Shown here: positions 14,494 through 29,813 of the stretch, one piece after another
How the letters are laid out: every line of letters begins with the position of its first letter
Numbering within the stretch: position 1 is the stretch's first letter
Source of the DNA: Chrysomallon squamiferum
Lineage: Eukaryota > Animalia > Mollusca
DNA length: 64,000 nucleotides
NCBI GenBank assembly: GCA_012295275.1
Contig: CM022667.1
Coordinates: 12,152,001-12,216,000 of the forward strand
Direction of reading: 5' to 3'
Notes under the pieces: generated by a model
Database searches by the model: none
Told to the model about the DNA's origin: nothing
What the model saw: the letters and a program-made list of their open reading frames with translations, nothing else
Position numbers and translations under genes: made by a program

Positions 14494-15524
14494 TTGCATA
14501 TACCTACTCAGTAACATATTTAATGACTTACTATCTTAGCTAAAATTATCATTTATTTATTTATTCATTGATTTATTCAGTCGTTCCTTCATTTATTACA
14601 ACTTGACTATTTACCATAAAACGTTGTGTACAGTTCAACGCATCTGCATCGAATAACCCTGTTTGCGGTTACCAACCTTACCAATAAAATAAATATGTAT
14701 TAATCACTTTTAAGTTACACATGCGTGCCTACAGTAAACGTCAACGCATAAAAAGACCATCATCTTGTTAATGGTTCTGGAATCACGGACTATCGGACAA
14801 CTTGAGGCTGTAATTGTGTGATTTATTGATAAAGCAGTAAACGACGTTTTTTTAAATCATTTTTTTTTTCGTCAATGAATGCTTTTTTCATTTTTTTTAT
14901 TTTCTCTAATCACAGGAAGAAAAGTAATGACCGGTAAAAGCTTTGATGTAGATCGCATCACGACACAAGTAAACGAAAGAGATCACAAACGATAAACTAC
15001 CCCAGGACAAATACTAACAACAGCAATTAGTTATAACCGCAAGGGCCGGTTCCACAAAAAGACGTTACGAAATTAATGATAAACTTACCTCGGGACAAAA
15101 TTAACAATAGCAGTTAGATACAACCGCAAAAAAAAAGGGCTTTTCGACAGAGGTATGATTCGGGTGAAAAGGAAATGAAATAAAATGTTATGTTCTCCAG
15201 TGGAGCTGGGGTTAAGGAGTAAAACTGTGAAGATACTGGCATCACATAATGATACTAAAACTGTGGCGAGATGGTTAAGAACAAAATAGTTTGTGGCATC
15301 CATTTTATAGGAGTGCAGGTTACGAACTAATTTTGATATATTTTGATCATGTATGTAGATCTATAATAGGTCTTTAAGATAGAGATACATTTTTGTTATT
15401 CTGTTAATATATTTCGGAAGCACAGTGTGATTCAAGTTAGAATTATACTGGTCCGCCCCATAAAAGCCAAAGAAAATTGTTTACAACACACGCTTGTATT
15501 GAACATTAAACTTAAAAACAGTTG

Positions 15525-15640
<116 letters not shown>

Positions 15641-16558
15641 AGTGACAGAGGCACAGAAATCTAACATTTATATTAAGCTGTAATTGTTCTTAATTTCCAG
15701 TCGTGACAGAGCGGTAATGCACTGTCAGCCAGCAAATATAGCCACAGATAAGCTTATAATAGGAGAGATACACATCTTAATTTGCGTTTTACAGCCATTG
15801 TGTCTTTAAAACAACCCAACAACAAATCACTGGCAAACGGGTCGCTTGCCGCGATCAAAGACTTGATTACGACATGTCGTAAATTTTCGAAATAAATGAG
15901 CAAACACTGATTGCACGCGGAGATAAGTTGTAATTACTGAATGAAAAATACCTGAATCCGTTTTCGGGTAATTTTATTTTTATTTTTTTATTTTTTTATT
16001 ATTTTTTTCCCAGGATACAGAAAAAAAAGAAAAAGAAAAGACTCCTTTCTTCCGAAATGCTTTGCACGCGACCTGAGTCGTTTTCTAGGGAACCGGAAAT
16101 TGCGTCAAATGGCTGACTGGCGCCGTGAAGTTCGTCTGGGACGTCCTCTGCGGGCAAAGTGTGTGACGTCATCGTGTTTAGGAATTAATCAAAATGAAAT
16201 GTTTTCAGCGTTTCTCTGTAACGTTTCGCAGGCCGTGGTAAACAGTGAAATCAGTCAACCTGCGTTTTGTAACTGAACATTAAAGAGTGCACGTAATCGT
16301 TTTTGTTGGTGATAAATGTAAATATAAAATTCATAAATGTTTCGGTCGTTTATCTATGTATGTATGTATGTACATAGATGTTGCGTGTGCGTGTGTGTAT
16401 TTATGCAATGTATGTATGTATGTATGTATTACATACATGTTCTGTGTGTGCGTGTGTGCTTGTGTGTATTTATGCAAAATTACAGACAGCTCAGAATTAG
16501 AATTCTTAAACCTTTCAGTTTTGATCTATTAGTAAACTAAACAACTAAAAGTAATAAA

Positions 16559-16610
<52 letters not shown>

Positions 16611-17234
16611 GACATTCGAATCCATTTATTTATTTATTTTTTATTAGTATTAGTAGTTATAGTATTATTAATAATATTTTGAATTTTGTTTTACTTTTGT
16701 TTTGTTGTGTCGAGCATATTTAATTAATTTATTTATTTATTATTATTATTAATTTAGTTAGTTTATTTGGTAATATTTCGTATTTGTTAGAATCATTTTT
16801 CTGAAGGAAAATTTAAATTTTACTTTACACATGACTATGAATAATAAATATCTTTTTTTTTTTTTTTTTTTGTTAACCTGTTTCATAACATCAGTAAACA
16901 CAACTAATTCCGCACGTGCATGTTCTTCTTCACGTGCATTTTACATCCTGTTATTTTTTTTTATTTATTTAACTTTCCTTACTTTTTTTTTTTTTTTTCT
17001 TCAAGTGTCGTTGCCGCTCAAAATTATCATCTAATATACGATGTAAAGATTTCGGTTATGAATTCCTGGTTTAGATTAACTTTCTTCCTGTTTCTTTGCG
17101 ATGTTTCAATTAAAACACACTTACATCGGAAGTGTGTTGCGAAGCTCGCTGACAGTTTGATATATCGGCCTGATAACGTTTGGAAACATGGCGTTTCGTA
17201 TTTTTCTTTTTTTTCTGCACACAAAATTGAAAAC

Positions 17235-17800
17235 GACAATGTCCGCGTTACTACGAGGCGCTTTAGAAGGCAGACGTCTCCGAATAAACAAACCGGGCAA
17301 AGAAATGCGCGTGCGGCTCTCGTGCGACTGACGTCTTCATGACACGTTCGCGCCGGCGCGCTAATTTAATCGGAATATGAACGTTTACGCCGTTCATTAG
17401 TTGCGCGTTGTTTCTTAAACGTGCGTCAAATCTCGGCTTGATTAAAACCAACGTATACAGTCGAGAGATGTCTGGTGTCAATTTCAGGCCTCGTGCACAG
17501 CACGCGGATATTGATACCTAAGTGGATGGCCCATCTCGCGCGAATATCGCGGGGGCTTTCAAGAAATTAAAACAAGCAGCGGACCTTTTGGCTTAGGAGC
17601 GGGGGGAGAGACGGGAGGCGCTGGATCAGCAAACAGTTTTTAAGAAATGCTAGGCTAAATGCTTCCATATGAAATAAAAAGGCTCGACCTGAAAGCAAAC
17701 ACAAATTTGACCCGCGATTAAACGAGACGAGGCAAATGTCGCAGCAGCGGTAAATTAGCTCTCGAAATCGTCAGACTGTCAGAGATGGTTTATAACTGCC
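17235..17800. promoter_or_regulatory. CpG-rich non-coding island, candidate enhancer or promoter
   Basis: Dense CG dinucleotides in an otherwise very AT-rich background, with no credible ORF. Confidence 0.4.
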
Positions 17801-17950
17801 GCTCATAACTTAATGAATGGCCAATCTGCTTAATACGGCGAAAAAGGTTTTAATCCAATTGAGTCGCTTATACAGACGGGAGATGATATAACGAGCTTTT
17901 TTTTTTTTTGTTGTTGTTGTTGTCGGTTGAGGATTGAGGATCGAGGATCG

Positions 17951-17953
<3 letters not shown>

Positions 17954-18019
<66 letters not shown>

Positions 18020-18360
18020 TGAATGACATAAACATAATATAATAGAGTGAATGACTGAAAGTTGTGAAAGTTGTATGAGAAACAATAAAAATGAAAGAGC
18101 AAGAAAGAATCAGTGAAAGAAAGTAAATGAAAGAGAGAAAGATAATAGAATGTGCAGGGAGAGAGAGCCAGAGAGAAATAGAGACAGAAAACAAAGAGAG
18201 AGAGAAAATATGATATATTGAATGACAGAAAAAAAAATTGTATAATAGAGTGAATGACTGAAAGAAAGAAAGTTTTGAGAGTTGTAAGAGAATCAACGAA
18301 AACGAAAGAACAAGAAAGAATAAGTGAATGAAAGAAAGTCAATGAGAGAAAGTTAATAAA

Positions 18361-18444
<84 letters not shown>
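17954..18444. repeat. Two (GA)n tracts enclosing a purine-rich direct duplication with ~200 bp period
   Basis: tataatagagtgaatgactgaaag occurs at ~18038 and ~18241, each followed by similar sequence. Confidence 0.85.
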
Positions 18445-18445
<1 letters not shown>

Positions 18446-19686
18446 TTTTGCAATAACGCTGACAAGTGAAGTGAACGACACAAATTAAGTGTGAAGAAAT
18501 ATTAATTCTATTACTCGCGTTGTCAAACCTCGTACAGCCGCCGTTCGGACACGACGCGTTAACTGTAGGAAATTGCTTATTTCGTCTCTTCTATTTATAG
18601 CTGCATTTGCATATTTCATTCTTTTATTATTTTACTATTTTTAATTTTTGAAATTTATCTGTTATTATTATTATTATTATTGTTGTTGATGTTTCTTTGC
18701 TTTCTTATTTTATTAATATATTCTTTATTTACTGATTGATTTATTATTACTTTTTTCATCACGTTGCTAATGCTGTTGTATTTGTTGTTTAAACAATAAA
18801 TGTTTTGTTTTAAATTCAGAAATTGATTTTATTTTATTATTACTTCTTATATATATACACACACACAAACACACACACACACACATATATTCTTTTTAAT
18901 TTAATTATTACATAAAACACGGAAAATGAACCACACACATATATATATATAGATAGATAGATAGATAGATGGATATAGATATAGATATAGATATATATGG
19001 AGGATAAATAGATGGGCGAATTGGCATAAACAGAGACAAAAGAAAAATGTATAAATGATATCGATCTTCCCATGTCAAAGAGACATTGTCATAAACATGT
19101 AGACAGAAAATGTCGAACAGGACAGAAAACAAGTAAAAATAAGAGCCGGTGGAGGTTTACACACATTTAAGTATTCCTTCTAGAAAGAATTCTACCATAA
19201 AAACCGAGATGTCGCTTGTAGAGACCACTCACAAAAACGGAGCTTTGCAAGGAATTAACTACCAGAACGAACTCTCTTCTATAGTTCTCGTATAAAAGAG
19301 GGGACTATGGAATAACATTTTTTTTAGTATAATTACATTAGACTCTATTTTCACATTAAACAAAACTGCGGACGACCCGCATAACTAGAGTGGTTCATTT
19401 TGACGTCAACCGACCATTTTTTTTAATGGCGATTTCCGGTAATCAAAACCTTAATGTTTTAATCTGCGAAGAGGGATTTAAGTTACGTGGTTGCTGACTG
19501 AATGTGCATGTCGGTGCGGTCAGGAGGATTAAGGGGAAGGGGGAGACTAAAACGAAGGAGGAGCAGTAGGAGGAGGAGGAGGTTTTATTTGATGTTTTCG
19601 GAATTGCCCCGACAAGTTTGTGCAATGTTATACAGCCAATAGTAGTAATCGCTGTTAATTTAATTGATCACTCTAACTCCTGACGA

Positions 19687-19739
<53 letters not shown>

Positions 19740-20355
19740 GCAGTCACACACATCGTTAAAAAGTTTCCATTCTCTTTTAGAACGCCTTCCTGTTTCCACG
19801 AATGCTCAAGTCGCAGTCATAAACACTCATAAGCCGAACGAACGGCGAAGGAGTCACCGCTTGTACGTACGGGGGTGCATCGATTTTTCCATAACGGGAT
19901 TTTAGCTTAATGTGATCAACCCTGTTACGCCTAATTGTAGCGAGTGTCCTTACGCCAAACGCGAAGAACAATTGTTCCTTGTTCCTATTAATACGGGACG
20001 GCATCCTCATTTGAATACGTGTCAACTAACGCACTTCCTATGGAGATCGTTACGCTTGTACATCGGAGCGATAATGTGATTCTCGTGTTCTCCGTTCATT
20101 TGTTGTGGTGTTACATTTCGCCGCGGACAAACCCGTTTCCCCAGCGGATGCGCGTAAAATTCTCCCCCGTCTGATAAAAAATGATCAGACATTACGATTC
20201 GCGAAGAACACTGGTTTTTGAACTTTCTTTCTTTCTATTTAAATTTTGTTCTTCTTTTTTTTTCATTTGTCTCTCTCTTTTTTTTTTTTCTTTTTTTTTT
20301 TTCTTACTATAATATTTTACAGGCTTTTAGACTTTTCATTTTATTTATTTATTTA

Positions 20356-20505
<150 letters not shown>

Positions 20506-22355
20506 CAAAATTAATAAAACCAGCAGCTCTAAAAATACTGGAAGGAAATTAGAAAAGAATATCTTTTGTTCTGTACATACACCTCTCTGTCAGTTGCAGT
20601 CCGCATACAGGACGTTAAAAAAAAAAAAAAAAATGTATCTGCAATCAGCGTAAACTGAGACGGTACCCGCATGTTCAAAACTGACACCTTGTATTTTACC
20701 CGTGACAGGCCGGGGATATTAATAAGAGAGATATTCCAACAACAATTAATGCCGCAATTACACGAACAATGAAAACAATATTTGTACACTCGTGTTCATT
20801 AATAGTTGTCAAAACGAGACATTTTATACCTTTTCTCTTCTTTCAAACCGGTGTTAACACCGCAGCCTCGCTATAACCCCCGGTGGATTAATTTCCTCCG
20901 CGATAAAAAGTAGACCCCTGTGTCCGTTACAATCACCTCGCTTTTTTTTTGTCTTTTGATATGTAACGTGACACTCGTTTTTTTAAATTATTATTTTAAT
21001 ACAGAGATGCGTGTTTTTGTGTTGTTTTTCCAGTCCCTGTTGTTTTAATTGTCAAGTGAACTCGAGTAAACTAAACACTGTTATCGGTGTTGGTTGATAA
21101 ACATTGTGTAATGCGGGACTGATGATCAGCGCCAGACGACGACTGGTGCGAAGTCGCTCGTTTACGACTTAATGTAATTTGGTGTTTATTTTACGAATGC
21201 ACTGGTCACCTGGAGTGTTTCAATTAAGGGAAAATGGAGATAAAAATACTGACTAGATTGAATCTCGCTGATAAAACGGAATCAGACATTTTCACCTGAT
21301 GAGAAGCCAAACAACAATCAGAGGTGATTGGTGTCAAATTGCAGGGGAGATAACCGAGTGGTTTAGCTGAGCGCATCCATCCCAGACCGCGAGGTTTAAT
21401 TAAAGTTTGTCACTGTTTTTATTTATTGACTAATTTATTGTTGCTGTTGTTGTTTATTTAATTAATTTTTTATTTTTTTATTTCTCTACTTATTGTTTTT
21501 TGTGATTGTGTTAGAAAACAAAAAAGTGTTCACAACAAATAGAAATAAAGAGTAGACGAAGAATCGAAAACAAAAAATAATAAATAAAACAAATAAGAAA
21601 GGAAAACCCAGAATGGAAAATAGTTAACTATCGACAACTGTAAAGAAAGAAATAAAAATGTCGAAAAGAAAAAAAAAACTGAAAAAAAGAAAAATCGGTG
21701 ACTTGAAAAATTAAAATATCTTGTTATACAGAACAAAATACCAACTAGGTACACGTTCGTGAGTCCTTCTTGCTGTTCTGGTCCGACTGTCTAAAGTCAA
21801 AAAAAAAAAAAAATATATATATATATGCAGTTCATGAATAAGCCTGTTCTTTTCTTTTCTTTCCTTTTTTTTTTTTAATACCCATACCGCAAACTAAACT
21901 AACTTTGAGACGTATTCTTAAGAGCCATCAATTCGTCATAGTCAAGTTTCAAAGCTTTTTCTTCTGACATAGGTAATTGTCGCTTGGATTACTCCTCTCT
22001 CTTCACATCACCACGAGAGAGATGTTCAAACACGAGTTGTAAGTGTGAAAACAGAGACAGCGATTAAACTAACATCTGGTGCGAGGACTGAACTGGTAGC
22101 GAGAGAAGCGTCCGAGGAGAGGTGCTTCATAATTTTGACAATAATACATCGATATTCTGTGACTTTAGCACTGTGCTTAATGTGAAACGTGTGACCTCCC
22201 ATGTAGGGGAAGTAAGATGTTTGTTCGGTAAAATAACTTTAGTGACAAGGCCACGTAAGATAAGCTACACTGTATAACCCCAAATTCACGAACTGTGAGT
22301 AAAAGACTATAGAGATTATAGAGACACAGATATGAATGAAAAAAAAGAAGACCGT

Positions 22356-22358
<3 letters not shown>

Positions 22359-22448
<90 letters not shown>
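22359..22448. repeat. (GA)n microsatellite
   Basis: Directly visible. Confidence 0.98.
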
Positions 22449-22450
<2 letters not shown>

Positions 22451-23142
22451 CTGTATACGTTAGAGAGAATGTATACTTTACAGACAGAGAGAGAGAAAAA
22501 ATAATTACGTAGCCTTTTATACAATTTTCTATTAGTACAGTCTGTACAGTAATTAATAAATAACACACACACAAACACACACACACACACACACACACAA
22601 ACTCAAACACAAAAAAAAAAAAAAAAAAATGGTAAAGGTGTTGATAGTAATCTATGTTACTCTCACGAAACCTAGTCAAACAATGACACCGAATGAATAT
22701 ATGGCACGTATACGTTTCCATACAAATTGACTACACTAATGTTAACACTTGTAACATTTTGCTTTTATCTGTGTACACTAAAATAACTGTCTGAATTTCT
22801 GTGCTGTCTTCCAACACCCTTTATCACGGCGCGCTTACGTGTACGTGTGTGTGTGTGTGTGTTTGTGAGCTTCAAACACTGTAACAAAACGCTTCTCTCT
22901 TTCTCAGTTCCTGAGAGTCTGCCAGAACTGTGCGCTATCTGAAAGATGGAATCGCTAAGCGTTGACAGAGAAGAGCAGAATTCCAAGTCGGTGTTCGTGT
23001 TAGATCGAGTCTCGTTTAGAATTTTCAGAGTTACAGCTTGTAGCTGGCTGTTCATCAAACAGTCAAAGTAATCGTTTCTGCGTAAAATTATTTCTTTTCG
23101 TCTGAATTGTATTGTTCACATATGTGTGTGTACGTGAATATG

Positions 23143-23208
23143 TATTATTATTATTGTTGTTGTTGTTGTTGTTGTTGTTGTTATTCTTATTGTTGTTACT
23201 GTAGTAGC

Positions 23209-23258
<50 letters not shown>

Positions 23259-23275
23259 CAGCAGCAGCAGTAGTG
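23143..23275. repeat. (ATT)/(GTT)/(AGT)/(AGC) trinucleotide compound repeat
   Basis: Directly visible. Confidence 0.9.
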
Positions 23276-23630
23276 GTAATAGTACTTTTATTTTAGTTCT
23301 GAATACGTATATGTATATGTCTTTTTATCTAATTAAAGTTTAATTTTAATGTATCTTAGCTTTCTTTTTATTTAATTAAATTAACTTGTCAACGAGGGTA
23401 TTATACTTTTAAATTTTATTATAATTTATTTTATTGATTTTAATTTATTTCTATGCTTATTCGTGTGTTTTGTTTCCTTTATCTTTTTTCTTCTTTTCTT
23501 TAAATTTGTTTCACTTTATTTCCCCTACTGAATTCAGTTTAATTCTCTGAAATTTATTGTAATTATTAAACTTTTTTTTTTTTCAATTTTTTTATAAATT
23601 TAATTAATTTACTTCATTTTTTTGTTGTTA

Positions 23631-23674
<44 letters not shown>

Positions 23675-24036
23675 GGTTTTTTTTTAATTTTTTGTTTTTT
23701 TGTTTCTTGTTTTGTTTTGTTTTTATTTTGTTTACTTAATTTATTCTATTAATTTTATTTGTTCCAGAATGAATAAAATAAAATATTTAGAAGACAAACA
23801 AATGTGAACATTTTTTTTTTTTATGAACGTGAAGCTGACAAAACTTCACAAGCAACGTGGTGGGTGACAACGTGACCACGCATACATCTACGACTCGGGC
23901 ACGGAGAAATCTTCAACGTTCATTCTACCTCTTCATACCGTACGCAACAAACGCGTGCTAAAAATAGACTGCTTAGCAAATACCAGGTGTTTCTTTGTGT
24001 TGCAGTATCAAAAACTACCGTAACATAAAACAGTTG

Positions 24037-24072
<36 letters not shown>

Positions 24073-26593
24073 AAAAAAAAGGTGGAAAAAAAAAAAAAAA
24101 AAAAAAAAAAAGAATAAGAGGTGGAAAAAAAGAAAGGGAAGAAAAAAAAAAGAGACTTTATAAAGATCTTAAGACTTAAATCAACGCTTGCGCACGCGCG
24201 TTGCATCTGCTGCTCGTTGTGCGCGCGCACGTGCAAATTGATTGGATGTGACGAGATATAGATATTCCGGATTACGAGGTTTCGGTTTGTACAGGTCGGG
24301 TTGCCGTGTAGTAAATCCGTTCCCGTTGGCGATAATGTTTGACAAAAATGTATGTAAAATGTTATGTATGTGTGTGTGTGTGTATATGTATATATGCATG
24401 TTTTACTAATTTTAAATAAAAATGTATGTATTACATGTTTCAAATAAATAAATCAATAAATAAATAAATAAATTCATCTGAGAAAAAATAAGTACAAAAA
24501 TAAATAAATAAATTCATCTGAGAAAAAAATAAATAAAAAAATAAAAAAATAAAAAAATAAAACATTAAAAAAAAAAAAAAAAGAAAAAAAGGAAATATCA
24601 CGTGATCTTGACGCGGGAAAAAAAAAAAAAACCATACTATCATAATACACTAACTTCAAGATGTCTTTCAACTTTAACCCTAAATCTTTTCAACCGGTGT
24701 AATGTGACCCATACAAGCCGGCTTATTAACGGCGACAATGCTGTTGTCATTTTACGACGGCATTATAATGACAGACATTGACAAACGACAGCATAGTTTG
24801 CGGTCATGTGATTAAGGTTTTGTTTACTATCAGAAAGGGTGTTGTCATTTTCACGGTGTCATCTTCGCTGTCCGCGTCACAAAGAAATCGATTTCCTTCT
24901 CCGAATGCTTAAATTAACAAGTAGGTCTTTAATTGTAGATTTCACAGAGCGTCAATGAAAAGGGGAGGAAAGAAACTGAAATTAATTATCTCCGATAACT
25001 TTTCTCTTTGAAATTAACATTGTCATCTGTTTCGTGTTGTGCTTTGAAATTAGCTTCTGAAGAATCACTGGTATTGACGCGTTATTTGTTTGTTTTATCT
25101 TCATTAAATCGGTTTGTAATTTGGCTGCACCACCTCCTGGAAATTGATATGGCTAATAATCAAGGATACTTCGTTGAAATGAGCATGTTTGTCCTTCAGG
25201 AACTTTTTTTTGAAAATTTTTTGCCATTTTGTGGAAACAGAGAGAGAGAGAGAGAATGATATTTAGTATCATTTTAACTTACATTATTAAGTTTTAATAT
25301 TGTTTACATTATAATAATGCATCGTTGAAATTAGTATGTTATGCAGCAGTAATACGTCCTTGAAATTTACTTATTATTGATTTCCATCTGAATATTATGT
25401 TCCCAATACACAAATATTTATTTTTTTATTATATATATTCTTATTATTGTTGTTTGGGTGTGTGTGTGTGTTTTGGAGGGGGCCAAAAATATTTTTTTTT
25501 TTGTTTTGTAAAATTACTTTTTTTTTTTATTTTGTTGTTCTTTTGTTTGTTGATTGGCTGGTTTCTTTTTAATTTTTATGATGTCCACTTGAAATTAATA
25601 TGGAATTAACATGGAACAAATTAATATCATTTATTATCTAAAGTCAGGTTTCCAATTCATTTAAAAAATATTTGTTACCAACAAAAGATTAAACGAATAG
25701 GGATTTCGATTATTGTTATTCATCAGACAATGATAAATATTTACATATGTTTTATATGGGATGGAGTTGCATTTGCTATAACAAACAAACAAACAAATAA
25801 AATAAATGAATATATAAATAAATAAAGTAAGAAAAGATACAACAAAAATGTTATAAAATAAATATACCTGTTCAACTGGGTTATGAAAAAAAATAGATAA
25901 ATATATACTAAGTAAAAAATTAATGTTTTAAAGTATATTATTGGATCAATTTGAAATAAAGGATATCTTACGTCAAAAAAATTATTAATAAAAAAAACAA
26001 TAATAATAATAACAACAACAACCCTGAAAATAAATAGATAATTAATAAATAAATAATGAAAATAAACAGATAAATAAATAATTAAATTAAATTAAATTAA
26101 ATTAAATTAAATAACAAAAATACTACTAATAATAAAAATAAAAACATAGCCTTTACCGGGACAGAAGCGCCGCGGAAATGTAGACAATTTTGTGTCTAAT
26201 TCCCAATATTTAAATGTCGTTACACTTAATGACCTTGTTAAGCTTTCTACCCCAGCTCTGTTCAAAGCGACATCACAAAACTACATCAAAGAAGCTGGTA
26301 TGAAAAAAAATCAATCCCAGGCTGTGTTGTATTGTAACACGTGTATACGGCTACAAATTCGTTAAATGAATAATTGCTGTTATGTATGTAGTATCCACAC
26401 CACGCGAATCTGTCTGCGCATGTCCCAGCAGCGAGATCGAGGATTAAGGATTAAATGCGATTTCGTTCACGGCTACTTACAAGGGTAAACAGATTGCTGA
26501 ATTCTGTTGATATTAAAATACGTCAGGAATGTCATGTGCGAGTTAGCTGTTTGCTGCCTGCTTAACTGCGTGTAGACCTTCTTACTGTAAAAA

Positions 26594-26595
<2 letters not shown>

Positions 26596-26660
<65 letters not shown>

Positions 26661-26719
26661 ACGAGAATGAGATGCGAAAAAACAGAAAGAGAATGATTGA
26701 CATAAGAAGAGAAAAAAAT

Positions 26720-26794
<75 letters not shown>

Positions 26795-27329
26795 AAATAT
26801 TAAGAGTGAAATAATTTTGGTTACTTTTACAACTTAATAGTTTACATTTACTGATTTATCGAGTTTTTGTATTATTTATATACCCAGACACACACACACA
26901 CACACATATTACAGGAGACAGTTTGAAATTCAAGCTCTAAACAAAAATATAGAAAAAAAAGGTATCCAAATTCCGTTTTTAAACACTAGAGACTTAACGA
27001 AAATAGAGGAATATCGAAAACAGATGCGAGCAAACACCAACCCGCCATGCACACGACATGGAAACAGAAAAAGAAAAAAAAGAGTTAAAAAAAAAAGATA
27101 TCTCAAATAAACTACGCAAACACATCGAAACTGCCCTCTGTTTCCAATACATCATTTGTATCTGTCTCAAAGGACCAAGTTGGAAAATTAAAAAGGAAAA
27201 CAAACAAACATGTGCAGAACGCGACTTTTGACGTGAAACTAAAGCTCCTCTGAAGATGGCTTTCTTCTGAATATGGCTGCCACGTGCTGTTTCTCACAAT
27301 AGGGTAACCTACAGATGTCAGTGTGTGTG

Positions 27330-27419
<90 letters not shown>
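26596..27419. repeat. Three (GA)n microsatellites (26596-26656, 26724-26792, 27332-27419)
   Basis: Directly visible. Confidence 0.95.
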
Positions 27420-27423
<4 letters not shown>

Positions 27424-27692
27424 TTATTATGTTTCCAATATTTTATTTATTCAGCATGATAGTATTATTATTATTTCTGCAGCTGTTGTGGGTGAAGTAT
27501 TCTTAAACCTAAATGTATCCATTATTTGATATCAAAAAATATATATTTAATACACTTATTTTTCTTCATTAGTTCATACAGAATAACAATGATGTTTACT
27601 GATATCAATAAATTGTGTCGTTAAGTTTGTATTGTATTAATATCATAAAATGGTTAAGTGACAAGTCTCAAAATAGAAATAATAATAATTGA

Positions 27693-27738
<46 letters not shown>

Positions 27739-28775
27739 GAAGAAGAAGAAGAAGAAGAAGAAGAAGAAGAAGATTTCTGAATATCCAACAATCCAGCTTC
27801 ATTAATATACACAAATGAAGACATCTGTTAAGCAAAATCAAAACCGACAAAACATCTGAATGGAAAATCGTGCAAATAAATATTTTTTATTTCTTTATTT
27901 TTTTCTTTCTGTTGTTTTATTCAAGGTCTTTTTTATTATTATTATTATTATTATTTTTTTTTTTTTTTTTTATCCACCATCCAGAAATGCACGAGGTCAA
28001 TTTGACGTTTTACAAGACGGCTTAATAATACGATATTTTAATTACACTTTTATAAAGTGGGCTCGCTAACTTCAAAGTGCCGGCTTTGTCTTTGAAATAA
28101 TAGCAACAGGGATTAAGTCAGAGACTGACTTGGAGATTCGGGTTCCGAACTATTGATAAACAGTATTGTGATTTCGTTCCCAATGCTTCCATTGCCGATT
28201 TCTCACCCGTACAATCGGTCAGGGCTCGACTGCCATTGATTCTGGCGGCCATGTTGAATAGGGAATTGTGCGGCTATTGTTGCACGTGACAGGCGCCGTA
28301 TTGAACGACAATTCTGTGAGCTGCACTTTTCACGGCGAAGTTGAAACGGTTGGTTTTGAAACAGAAACAAAAGTCATTGGTGTATTTATTGGATGAAGAA
28401 AAAAAAAGAAGAAGAAGAAGAAGAAGATGGAAGGGTCGAAATAAGAATAACAAACAGTGACAGTGATGAAAACCAGAAAGGAAAATAGTCGCTAAACGTT
28501 AATACGTGTATCAGTGACGCCAAACAGACAAATGGCAACTTTTCTACTTCTGTTTTTTTTTTTTATTTTTTTTATTTTTTTTTTTTTTTTTTTATTTTTG
28601 GTTTCTTTTTCGTGTTACGGTAGCAGAATGAAAGGAAATCTTACAAAAAGCGGCTTTATGTTGTTAATAGAAGAATAAAAATGGGAAAATAATTTAAGCA
28701 AAATCATTCAAAGCATACATTTATTTTAACAACTCGCATATTTCGTCATAAATATATAACATTTTTTTTTTTTTT

Positions 28776-28821
<46 letters not shown>

Positions 28822-28960
28822 ACGCAGAATAAATAAATAATAATAATCCGAAATAATATAGCTAAATTTTTCTTTATAATTATTATTTTTTTAATTACTC
28901 TTTGTTTCTAATGAAAGATTATAAAAAAATTCATTTGTATCTTATATCAGCATCATATTG

Positions 28961-28991
<31 letters not shown>

Positions 28992-29221
28992 TTTATTATT
29001 ATTATTATTATTATGATTACTATTATTATTATTATTATCAATTACAATGTAAATGATTAATTTGTCTTTGTATTCATATTTAATCATCTAATCATTACTT
29101 CATTATTCATTCAATCGTTTCTTTTCATAAATTTTCGCCATTTTCCTGAATTAAAGTCACCGTATTTATTTTATTTTTATTCTCCTTTTTTCAACAACAA
29201 CAACGAAAACAAGAAAAAGAA

Positions 29222-29264
<43 letters not shown>

Positions 29265-29760
29265 AATCTCTCTATTAACCAATTCTATCCCTCTCATCGA
29301 AATTTCCTCACATCATCAATTTTACCCAACTGTCGAGACTTCGAGTTTTGGAAATCTATCTGCCGAAGACATCTGTTTCCTTGTCTTTATCGGGGACGCG
29401 GTCGTTGTACTACACCGCGGCGACGTCTGATAGACAATGTTAATCTGGAATTAAACAAGGGCTAAAGGTGTTTGTGTGGCCACTTAATTAACTTCGGGTG
29501 GAATCAGGTTTCAGGTGGTCACTTTCGATTGCACGCCCTGCGTAAGGAGCTTAGCGATCGTTTTATTGTGTAAACCGTTGTCTGTTGTCGACTCACGTTC
29601 AAAAAGGAAAACCGTTATTTAACAGTTTTCTAAGCGAAGATTTTAGGTGTTTGTTTAGGTTTGTTGCCGTCAGTTAATGTGAAATTTATTTTTAGTTATA
29701 AATCCTTTTTGTTGTTGTTATTTTGGGGTTTTTTTGGGGGGTTCTGTTATTTAATAAGTG

Positions 29761-29763
<3 letters not shown>

Positions 29764-29810
<47 letters not shown>
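29764..29810. repeat. (GT)n microsatellite
   Basis: Directly visible. Confidence 0.97.

Positions 29811-29813
<3 letters not shown>

Noticed and set aside
14995-15130. Small local duplications (~85 bp period here; 40 bp at 24460-24530; 38 bp at 62825-62890)
   Set aside because: Real but ordinary two-copy duplications with no functional signal.
21351-21400. tRNA/SINE-like A box (taaccgagtggtttagctg)
   Set aside because: No B box (GGTTCGA) or cloverleaf follows.
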